Source of the DNA: a virus
Taxonomy: Duplodnaviria > Caudoviricetes
Reading direction: 5' to 3' (one strand)
Virus record (IMG/VR): IMGVR_UViG_3300024351_000034
Location: 1 to 53,582 of that record
DNA: 53,582 nt
Shown here: positions 7,381 through 19,300 of the stretch, in pieces
Numbering within the stretch: position 1 is the stretch's first letter
How the letters are laid out: the number at the start of each line of letters is the position of its first letter
Notes under the pieces: model-generated
The model's database searches: none
Seen by the model: the letters and a program-made list of their open reading frames with translations, nothing else
What the model was told of the DNA's origin: nothing
Made by a program: the position numbers and the translations under genes

Positions 7381-10300
7381 TACTGACCAACTTCCTCAAT
7401 AATTTTCTGAACATCTTCATTATTCAGTGGTTCAAAATTCTTTTTGTATCGACGTTTTTGTCGCGCACGTAATCGTTCAGTCCTATCCGTACTCTCAAAT
7501 ATAATAGGTGACGTAGGCATTCCCGGATATTTAATATCCTGCAAAGTAACATCCCCACTATCTGGAATACCTTCCCATAATCCAGCTAATCCATGCTTAT
7601 TAATCATGTCAATAGCATTGGGGTAATCGTATTGATACTCCATCATTTCTTTCAACGCTGCACCACCAGACGTTTTAAGTATCTTGAGTCCAGCTACATC
7701 ATCTACAAATGGACTTTGATAAGCATTTTCAATACCAATCAATCTTCCAAACATATTCATTCGTAAATTTGTAACCTTTGGATCATATTCCAAATTCAAT
7801 TCTGGGGAGCGATAAATCAATTGCTCTAGTTCACGTAGGAAGTTCTGTATAGGAATAATTTCATGATCTATCGCCATTCGACTTGCACCATTTGGGTATT
7901 GTGCCAACACTTTGCGCAACAATAGTTCGTAAGGATGTCCTCGCATTGATGACAAAATTTGATCTTTATTTGCGCGTAAATATTCTAATCCCGGATGCTT
8001 TTGGAATGATGGCTTACCATCAAATTCCTGCCCAGTAATCATACTCCTCATAGTGCCATACATTGGGTTTAATCGATCAATAAAATAAAGTTTAGTCATT
8101 TCCTTAGCAATAGCTGCTGGAGGTGCCATGCCATCATTAATGTTTTGCTCAATATTTAACGCTGGAGTTACTAAAAACTTCTGCCATCCCATAATTGCTG
8201 GAGGATAGTTAATCTGTACATCACCAATAGTACGTACGCGTCCAGCAGCCCTTAAATTATTTTTATCAATGATTGGCTTCGGTTTAACAGTCCACATCAT
8301 TGCATCGCCTTCGTCTTGTACTCCAGCAATGTGTGTCCAAATAGTGTCGCTTACTTGTTGCCCAGCTTTTTTAGCAATAGCAGACTTGCTTACTTGAGCA
8401 ATAACCTCATTATTAATCCAGTGTAATGTAGCCAAACCAATCAATGCTGTAGAAACACGTCGTAAATATTCAGCACCCGGAGTAAATACACGGGTACCTG
8501 CTTTTGGAGTATTAAACTGCAAAGCGTCAAAGAAACGAGCTTGTGGACCAACGTCTACAACGTTGTAACCAATACCTCCATCAAATTTCTTCAATATAGG
8601 TCGCATTGCATTATTAAGCATCATTCCACTAGCTAACTGCAATGCAGCTGGAACAAGAGTAATATTCCCAACCGCCTTAAACCAGTTTGGAGCAGTGTAC
8701 AACTGTGAAGCTGTGTAATACTTTTCTTGCAACTTAGGGTTTAATCCGGGATCTGTACCAGCAGGTACACCTGTAAGAGTGTTTAAAACACGGGCGTAAT
8801 TCTTTTTGTACTGCGTAGCCACGTATTCCATTTGCCCTCTACTTGCATTATCCCCTAATGCAAATGCTGGCAAATTGTTATCAATATATGCAGCATATTC
8901 AAGCATCATCTTGATACGCAAAATATCTGTACTCATAACACCAGCGCGTTCAGTAGCTCCAACTAATGGGTATCGTTGAGCAATAACGCCCTTTCCAATA
9001 AATTCACTTTGTGAAAGTTGAATAGGAATATCCTCCATAGCCATTGCTGGATTTAAAGCATTCATTGCCGATGCTGCTTCATACCACTCACCATATTGTG
9101 TTGATAATCCAAGTTCATTTAAATCAGCAATTGTATATGCACGTTCAGGCATGTTAACTCCTGAGATTACAGGTTTAACATATTTTCCACCTACAGTTCG
9201 CTGATGAATAAACGGTATACCTGCACCAATCCTACTTCCCGGAGTGCCGTATTTGTCGAATAATCCCTTAATGACTCCGTGATATGCCTTGTCTCCATAC
9301 GCAGTATCTTTTGAGTGGCCAAGGAAAAAGCTTGCCATTTTTTGCAATGGCGTAGTACCAAGCATTTTTTGAGCACCCGGCTTAGTAAAGTTTGGAGCAA
9401 GTCCCGCAAGCCCATAAAATTGCATCGCTGTATTTTTGGGATCCATAAATGTGACCATAAAGTTCTGAAGGAATGGTCGCGCAAAGTCTAAGCTTAATCT
9501 CTGAACAATGTTTGTAGCGTTAAGTTCAGTCCATGCACCATTTAAGAATTTATTTAAACGAGTCCGTCCCGGTATGACTCTGTATTGCAATGCACGTAAT
9601 TGACCCGGACTTAAACCAAACGATGGAGTAGTTGATCCAGAACTAAACAATGTATTCCCGACACTTTCAAAATCAGCTGATGGAATAGACATGTAAACAT
9701 CTTTTCCATCTACAGATATGCCAATTTGATTATTGTCAGGGTCATTCTTTAGAATTAAACGTTCTGGCTCACGCACTACAAACATTTTGTCAACAATATC
9801 TGTATAGCGCTGTTGCCTCCATTGATTAAATGCTTCTGGATCAGAATGTACATCCGGATCATATGGCTCAAGTCCATCTACTAAATTCATTTCTTCTTGC
9901 GTAAACGGATCGATGGCATCTTCAAAAATATCACCACTACTCAACCATGTACCCTTGCGAGCATTATTTACGATAGCCGATTGAGTAATGTCAATCTCAG
10001 CACCAGAATCTGGCTGCAATATCTTAGACACACGATAATCGGCGCCCATTTTTGTTCGCCACTCTTTAGGTATGATTGTTGGGTCGTTTTGCTCAGCTTC
10101 TGCTACCAACATTTTTGCTACAAAAATGTCATGTGGAACAATAGAGTTTTGAGCTAAATTGTCAAGGCGTTCATATGTTTCAGCAGAAGCGTCTGGCATG
10201 TATGCCTGTGCAGCAAGACGTATCAAATCTGATGCACTTTGTTGACGATACTCTTGAACACTTTGTAGTTGTGTAATAGTGCCGTTGTCGTCAGTAATAG

Positions 10301-13300
10301 ACCTGTAACTACGGAATGGGTTAGATAAAAGTTGAACAGTATATGGTACTGATGGGTCAACCTCAGCTTTTGGGTCAACAATCTTCATTCGCAACGGACT
10401 AGTTATTCGATATAAGTAGATTCCTCGCTCAAGAGAAGGATCATGAAATGGAACATTACGCATAATGACCACTGATCCATCACGTAAAAAATTTGTTTTT
10501 TCTACAGGAGATAACGTATTGATATCAAACAATCCCTCCGGAACACTTCCGTTGACGGCTGCTTGATACTTCATTCGATATCCGGGTGTAGTTATTGGAT
10601 ATCTATTACCAAGCACATCTCCTTTAAGTAATGTCAGTGGATTACTTGGGTCAACAACTACGGGGCGAGATTGATTTAAAGCAAAATCAACGTTGTACAA
10701 TCCGCCTGACCCATCTCTCATCAATAACTGTTTCTGCGTTTTAAACGAGTTAGGAACTAGCGTATACTTTTGACTCTTCCAATTGTAACGAGCAGATGAC
10801 ATTTCACGTTCTTGCAAATCAAGAATATGTGCAGTTGCATACAGCAATTGGCTTGCTTTCTCATTGACTGCTGGATTAGGGTCTGCTAGTTGTTTAAGAA
10901 AATTAGAATAACCAGCAACGTTATTGCGACCAAATACCACATCACGGACACGAGATAAGGCATATGCAGCACCAGTTGAACGATAGTAATTGTCTGCAAA
11001 TCGCAATTCTCTACCATTCATAACTGTATCCATTATGTCAATCATCTGTAATGGATAACCCTGTGTAAAGAAATCACCGACATTGTTTCCGCGTATAGGC
11101 ATTTCCATAGCTGACAATGCATCTATAGCAGTCGGTTGACCGTTGTAATCTTGCACGGATGTTGTAGCAAGTTTTAATTCGTCAGGTAAACCTTCATTGA
11201 ATGCTGCAACAAGATTTGCTATTCGGTCATGCATTGTCATGTTGCGATCTGCTCGCGTAGTACGACCAGTAAAAGGCTTTGCAAAAGCATAGTACATGTC
11301 ATAAGCAAACTGCTCTAACATATCCTGCCGAACAGTTGGATCATCTGTTTTGTGATCTAACGCATTATTTAATTGATCAAAAAACTGAACCAATCCCTTA
11401 TACTCTGGTGCATCAACATTTAAAAGGAACTCGTTGGAAGACTCGTCATATGCAAATCGTGAGTCATACATCATTTGATCCCGGCCAATAGACATACGGA
11501 ACAATCCATTATTGTAAATAAAATCACCTACTGGATTAATGGCATTATCATTCAGTCTATTTAAAAAGTCGGTTCCTTCAAGCGTAATACCGCCTTCGTC
11601 ATTAATTAATCCCTGCGTCATCATGTGGTCGAGAATGTCTGCCTCTACAGATGCACGTCCAACCTTCATCATTCCACGCATATCTACGCCAGCTGCTCGC
11701 ACATGCTTAAACTGATCAGCAAAATATGCGCCAATACGATCAGCAGCAGTTTCAGTTGAAGGACGATTACCTTGAAAATCTACTGATGTTCCAGTTAAAA
11801 TTTTCTTTTCCAAAGCAATTTGATCAGAATAATCTGTTAAGCCAACTAGTGTTTTTTGCACTTGCGACACACGTCGATTAATGTCGTACAACACTGCAGA
11901 GAACTTACTGTTGTACTCTCCTGAGTATCCGTGTAAACGTGGCTGCACTGTTCCATCTAGGTCTGCTAACGCTTCACTGCTAACTAACATACGTACAGTA
12001 GTGTTCCTAGATAAACCTTTCTTCCCAGTGCCAACACGCAATGTCACAGGCATTTCAACTACGTAATACGAATTCTTAAGTGGAACTGACTCGTATTCTC
12101 TGGTAATGCCTTTAGAAGAAGCCTTTACAAAACGACCTTCACTTACGTCTGTGTCGCGCAGATGTAAGTGATTTGGGAAGAATCCATCTTTATCAACACC
12201 ACCATCCTGCGAAACACTCACGTAAGTAATAGGTTCACCCATTGCATTGTCAACAAACGCGGTGCTGAATTTACCCTGATTAAATCTAGAGTCCATTGCA
12301 ACAATCTGATCAACAACACGTCCCTGCAAACGGAATCCATATCGTTGTTGCATAGAGTCATCTTCACCAAACAATCGCAACTTTCGATTAGATCCATGAA
12401 TTGGAGTAAACCAAAAATCGCGTGGATTGTATGTTCCATTGCGAACGTTATCTACAAACATTTGTGTTAACGTTTCATCTTTAAATGGAGAGTTAATCTT
12501 GCGACCATTGATTACGTGTTCGTAACCATATGTTTGACCAACGCCAGTACCAAATCCAGAATCCACCCAAATACGCACCATGTCTTTTGGAGAATACATG
12601 TGTACATATGCTCGACCCTCTAACCGACCTTTAGTTGGTATGTTTAGGCTGATGTAATCACCTTGCCGTAATTGAGGATATGAAACTGTTCGGCGCCCAG
12701 TGTTATATTTAGCAAATGGAATTGGAGATGTCCACTGCTGTTGAAATTTTCCATCTGCTGTTCTTAAGATGTCAGCAGGACTTGTACGGGCTAAACCCTT
12801 CCAAGCTGCACGTAACGGACCACCAACCTCTTGGAATATAGATGCGGCATCACGATCAATTGACATTGCAGCATTGTTTGCTATTGGTGCTTCAAAGTTA
12901 GAGATTGTTGTTAAGAAACCACTGACAAATGTTTCGTGTGCAAATGGATGCCAATCTTCTTTTAAAGATATTCCATCTACGTCAGCAAGATCAGCCCAAG
13001 CAGCTCGCAAGTCCAATGAACCAAATTTTCTTCTGTATTCACGTGCAGCTTCTAACTGAGTCATAACTGGATATAACGGATGAGTTTCATTGATGCGACT
13101 TAAAAAGTCAGCACCCATTGGTAACAATGATTCTAAAAGCCTCATCTGATTTCCATCAGAAACGCCATGGAATAAAACATGTCCAACTTCATGTGCAAGA
13201 GTTGCAGCATTTCTATCAGCACTCATATCACTAGCAATCATCATCAACTTATGTGTTGCTTTTGCTGCCTTATTCTGTAGGCTTAACGTAGCACCATAAA

Positions 13301-16300
13301 CTTGTTGTTTTGATTTTTCAGTACCAATGTGGTCACGCATACCAACGTTAGTTAGACTCATGATCTTCTTGGTAGTAAACAACACTCGACCGCTATTTAA
13401 ATAATAATCCTGTCTGCCACGAGCAATCATATATGCGCGGAAGGCATTGACCTGTTCTGGTGTTAAAGCCTTTGTTGTTGACATAAATTGAGCAAATGAC
13501 AATGCTGAATTTTGAATAAATGCTTGGACGATTTGCTCTCGTGTTCCAACCGCTCGTAATCCGTTAATAATTTCAGCGCGGTGTTGTGGTTGCTGGCTCC
13601 CAAGCAACATACTCAATTTGTCGTTTGCATGGCCAAACGCAAAATTGTCGTAGAGTTTTGCTAAACCAGTAGCTAACTGATTGACCATGTTTAAATCACC
13701 AGCCAACTTTTTTGCTGGTTGCAATGCAGCATCCGACATTATCTGACGATAAATGCCTTTAATTCTGTTGATGTCATCTGCTTGCTGTTGATTCGTGTAT
13801 TCAGATGTATCTATTTGGTTGTACATGTCATACAACAATTTAGCAGTGGCTGGTTTGATTGCTCTCAATTGACCTTCTGCAGGTTCAGAAAAAATACTAT
13901 GTCTACCAGATGCGTTTGTTGTAAATATAACAGCTTCATTGCCAGCTTCCGACAATGCCTTTAATGTTGTAGCAATCTGGTGCGGAACATCGTTATATCC
14001 AGCTCTAAATGAAGCATATGTTCCAGTTTTGTCTATACGTGACCACTGTGTTACAAAATCATCCGGTTTAGTTATGGACAATAACTCTTTTTGAAAATCT
14101 GTTTTACCAGTAAGTTCATCTTGAATTATCATGCGTACACTAACAGCTAATTCCTTTGCAGTAAACTTTGCATCATGACGAGCAAGTCCACCAAACAATT
14201 CGCTTATTCGCCTGTTAATTTTTTTGACTACGGATTCGTCTGCAGATGTAGGTATAACCTTAAGCCCACCTTCTGTAGGTATTCCATCTCTAACAGCTCG
14301 ATTTAAAGTCCTTACTGTCTCAGCACTCCATTTATTTTGTGCTGCATCCATAACACCAGAAGCTGTTAACGATACGTCACCAAGGTTTTTATTACGAACG
14401 GGTGACACAACTGTTAACGGGTTAATAGCCTGTACCTGCTTGTCACCAAACAGTTTTACTTGTTCTGACGGAACATCAGACGACGCTAACTCTAATTCAC
14501 TAGTCAATACTTTTGACAGTACTTCACGCATACCAGCATAGTTGCGAGCATGCATTGCCAGTAAATTAGCTCTCTCTGCTGCATTCTGATCGTGAACAAC
14601 CAATCCATCAAATCCAGTGTCACTACTAATTGCGTATGTAACAACTGATGGATTGTCATCCAGAAATTCAGGAAGCATTGGGTCAATTGCACTGCTAACA
14701 AACATAGCATCCGCAACACTAGTGTCAGGATTAATTTTTACAACGTCAGGGTTATCACGATCGATAGCCATGCCAATTTTTTCAATGTCTTGCACATTGC
14801 GTCTTTGCCCAAAGATATTGATTGAGACTTCACCATTAGCAACATCAATAGATACTTCTTGCGATTTAATTGCATCCGATAAAAATGTTAATTGCTCCTT
14901 AGCCATACGAGTTACTTGCCGTAACATGCGAACAGAGTTTTCTCCAAATGCAATTGATCTGGCAGTACCCATCTCACGTAACGGATCACTAATAAGTGAG
15001 TCATACATGTTTTGCATAATGTTTAACTGTATGGCTAAAACGTCTTGTGGCGCGTCTGCAAACTTTTCAAGTAACGGCTGCGGAACTTTAATAACAGCGT
15101 TATTAAAGTTGTTCAACGCCGTCATAAACTTATCTTGTATGCTGGATTCTTTTTGTTGGTTTTCAACCTTAGCTGAAAAAGTATTTATTGCCTTTTGTAA
15201 GATAGCAATCTGTTCTCGTTTTTCAGCTATTGGAATATTTACGTCAGCATTAATAGCGCGTATTTGATTCTGAAGAATTGTAATTTGGCCTTTATCAACT
15301 TCTTCGCTTAAATTCTGCGTTTCTGCAGCCGACCCTTCTTCACCCTGTGATACTAATTTGCCACCAGCAACATCACTGTCACCAAGAGCGGTAATAGATT
15401 TGTAAGACAGTCCAACTTGAGTATAGTAATTTTGTAACGTTTCGTATGCGTTCTCTAACTGACCTAATGCTGTTTCAAAGTTTTCATCGAGATGCACATC
15501 TCCATCCATGTAAAGCAGACTTAGTTGTTTAGAATTGCTTAAGATGTTGTCCAGATGCCTAAATGCTGCAAGGAACGTATTGCGACGTGGCTCTACCTCT
15601 GCGTCTCTTGCTTTGCCAATTGCCTGTTCATCTCCAGATTCTTCAGCTAACGCCAAAGCTTCTTTAGCAGCATCCCACCCATATAAATGTGCATACTTAT
15701 CAAGTAAAGTTTTTACGTCTGAGATTTTAAACGTACTGAGTGCATTAACAACCTGCGTAAAGTTCTTGATATTGGTTAAACGCTGTACGTTTAATTTACG
15801 TAATCCAGCAATGTCATTTTCTTCTAATGCAAGTTGTGCTTTTTCTGTTTCAGTTAAATCCTCATCGCCTGTACGCCTGCCATTAACTTTATCTGCAGAT
15901 ACAAATTCGTCAACAACTGCATGATCCATAATTTCATCAGCAGCTTTATTTACAGCTTGCATCGACTCAACAGCAGTTATATTAGTAACTGAGTTACCAT
16001 TTCGTAAAACGGTATCAACACCATTGCCAGTGTCACTTCCGTTATAAGTCGCTACGCGTTCAGCGATAGCAGGATTTTCTTCTACCTGCGCCAATAACTC
16101 AAACATAGCATTTACAATGGATTCTTTTTCCATTGCTGGTATTTCAGACCTGTCAATAACCTCGCCAATCTCACGTCCATATTTAGCCAATACAGCTAAA
16201 AAAGAAAGTTGATTTGTCTGGTCGGCTTTTCCTTCTTCAGTAAATCCTAAAAATTGACTGTTATTAACTGACTCACCAATAGCGTCAATAATAACTTTAG

Positions 16301-19300
16301 GTATCACTGAGTTTGCAATGTACATTCCAGATTCTTTCTGGAAAGCCTTAAATGCATCTAAATCTTTAGTTAATAAATTACGCTTATACGCTTGATCTCT
16401 GTCGCCAGCAGCGTAGTACAAGAAATCTAAACCAACATTGCGTAAGGCTTTTTCGGTTTGACCTATAGTTTCTGCTGTCTCGGCGCCTACGAGATTACGG
16501 ACTTGAGTCAATGCTTGATTGTAATAGTTTTCACCACGCCAGAAATCAACCAACATTAAAGGCAGTCCAACTTCTGTTAATGCTTTACGTGATGCAGTAA
16601 CGTCTGCTATTGAAGCAATAGCTCTGCCTAAACGAACCTGTGCGTCCAAATTTAATCCACTTAGACGTTTCATGTGCCACATTGTGTCAATGTGTGCTAC
16701 AGCCTGTGGTGCAATACCGCGCATGTATAAGGATTCAGCCTTTGCATCACGTTCGGTAGTACTATTACGTTCCGGTGTAATTCCAAGTGACTTAATAGCT
16801 TTTCGATATGCTTCTGCTGGACCAATTTTATTATTTGACCTCAACATAATTTGATTCATGCGACGAGATATAGCACGTGTTGTCGCTGCTTCCTGTATCG
16901 ATCTAGCAGAAAATAAACCAGCCTTTGGCAGAGTGTTGTTTAAATCATCAATTGTATAAAGAGTGTCTATAAATCGTGCATCACCATAAAGATTAGCAAC
17001 TTGATTAAGATAGTGAATGTTTGGTGTGCCTTCCGACATTGCGTCATCATAAACTGACACTAACGCATCAATGACTGCTTCTGTATTTTGATTAGTTGCT
17101 GCCCAAATAATTAATCCACTTTTTACAGCCTGTGGCATTGAACGTGCGTCACGTACGTAAGTTTTAATGATGTCAGGCAACTGCTCAGCAGATGCTTGTT
17201 TAATTTCTTTTTGAACTGAAACTGCATTTTTTGTTGCAACAAAAATAGCAAGTTCTTCTTCATCAGTAAATGATCGCTTGTATGGCCTGAGTGTAGGAGC
17301 GTCTTCCGATGGAACAAAATCGCTCAATCGTTTATTCATTTCAGCGCGATCGTGATGTGTGTCAACAACAACCTGATCAATTGGCGCCGTGTATCCTAAA
17401 CCCTCTGGATCTGACAGCAACTTCACAGTTACTAATCTTCCATCAGTTTTAATGACTACGCCTTTTTGCCCATCGTCTCCAATTTTCATTGGATCAAAAT
17501 GACCAATGACAACATCACCCGCCATTAACTCAGCATCTTGAGTCACCTCACCGTTGTCATTTAAACGGTATGCCTTACTGTTTGGGGGTGTATCCAATGC
17601 AAGTGATTCTGCTATGGCATTGCGTAACGCCATAGCTTTGTCGGCATCGGGTAAGTCGGAATCTAAAATTGTATTAGCTAATTCAATTTGCTCTGGGCTT
17701 AACATAATTCGTGTTGGTACACCAATGTTATGCACGTCGAGATCAATGTAACCTTCACTTGCTTCAACGCTACGTTTTGCTTGTGCTAATGTACGTGCGT
17801 TTAATGCTTCTGGACTACTATCAATTTGCCGTGATGTTAATGGAGCCTTTGTTCTAACTCCTTGATTACGAACTGGTTGCACATATATGCTTCCATCTTG
17901 CAGTTGAAATACGCCGATAGGATCCATTACACCAAACGTGGAAATCAATCGACCATTGACGTCACGCGTAGATCCATCTTTACTTGTGTATGCAACCTTA
18001 TCTGGAAAATCTACTGACTCATAAAAATCAGGAACGTCACCTAATTCCGTTTTAGTTGAGTTCATTGCTTCAAGATGACTACCAATAACAGCAGCAAGTT
18101 TAGGTGCTAATACTCCTATTTCACGCGCAACTTGCGTACTAGGTAAGACTTCTTCTGTGACATTTCCATCTACGGAATTGTAATTTTTGACAATAACTCC
18201 ACCATCTGGCCTAAACCCACCAATGGTTCTAGTAGACTCACCATCTTCGGATGTCCATCTATTTGTACCAAGAGGGTTCATAACATCCGGATTAGCCGCA
18301 ACAACACGCGCTAATGCTTCAGATGTGTGCAATCTATTTTTTGCCATATTGGCAGATGAGCTAATGTCTATAAGATCGCTTATATCTTGGTCACCTTTGA
18401 CTATTTCGGCTGACCTAAATGTGTGACCATAACCAGTCTTATGCGAGTTATACGCAATGTATTGTGGACTGCCATCTTCACCATCTTCAATGCGAACAGC
18501 GTAAAACTTGTTACCAGTTGATTCAAGTGGTTCTTCGGCAACAGTTTCTGGTTTTGCGTTTGTGTCGGACGGCGCCTGTGATTGCTCCACTTGTTTTTGC
18601 AATTCACCAGCAATGTGTTTTTGAAGTTCCGCTATTTGTGTTTTTCTGGCTGCTGGATTAGTTGCGTATAAGTTTGGATTCACACCATGTTTTAATAATG
18701 GGCTATCATCCGGTAGCGGATTTTTATCACCCTTCTTACGCATTGACCCAATAAGTTTATTTACTTCAGCTTGCGATACTTCACCAGATTCATGATCAAT
18801 ACCTTTGCCTTCAGCAAGACGTATAAACATGCCTTCAATTGCATGTTGTGGCAACATACGACCCTTGGTCATTTCCTCCATAGCTGGAGTTTTCACCATG
18901 TCGTAAATTGCAGACGCAACGCGTTTTACATCATCTGGATGTGCTTCTTTATTTCCAGTAACATCGGCAAATCGTTTATTAATGTAAGTTGATCGCCAAT
19001 CTCCACCGTCAACGTAATCACGAGCCATGTAATAGGCTTGAGCATTTACATCAACGCCACTCATCAAAGGCTTGCCACGCAACGTTGGCTGAATGACTGG
19101 AGCAAATTTGGCATGTGGTCTAGTTGCACCAAATGTCATTAACGTAGCCTTGGCTAAGTCAATCATTGTGGGTGCTTGATGAAGTAAGTTTCCTTCTTTA
19201 TCTGTAGTTTTATCCGTTGCAGCACGATATGTTTGCGCAGCTGGTTGAAGAATATTATTCATTGCAAACATTGCGTCAGGGCCAACTGCACCTATTAATT

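Noticed and set aside
14617-15267. 216-aa + strand ORF and many other antisense ORFs inside the giant and structural genes
   Set aside because: They are shadow frames of long coding genes with no SD, no motifs and atypical composition.
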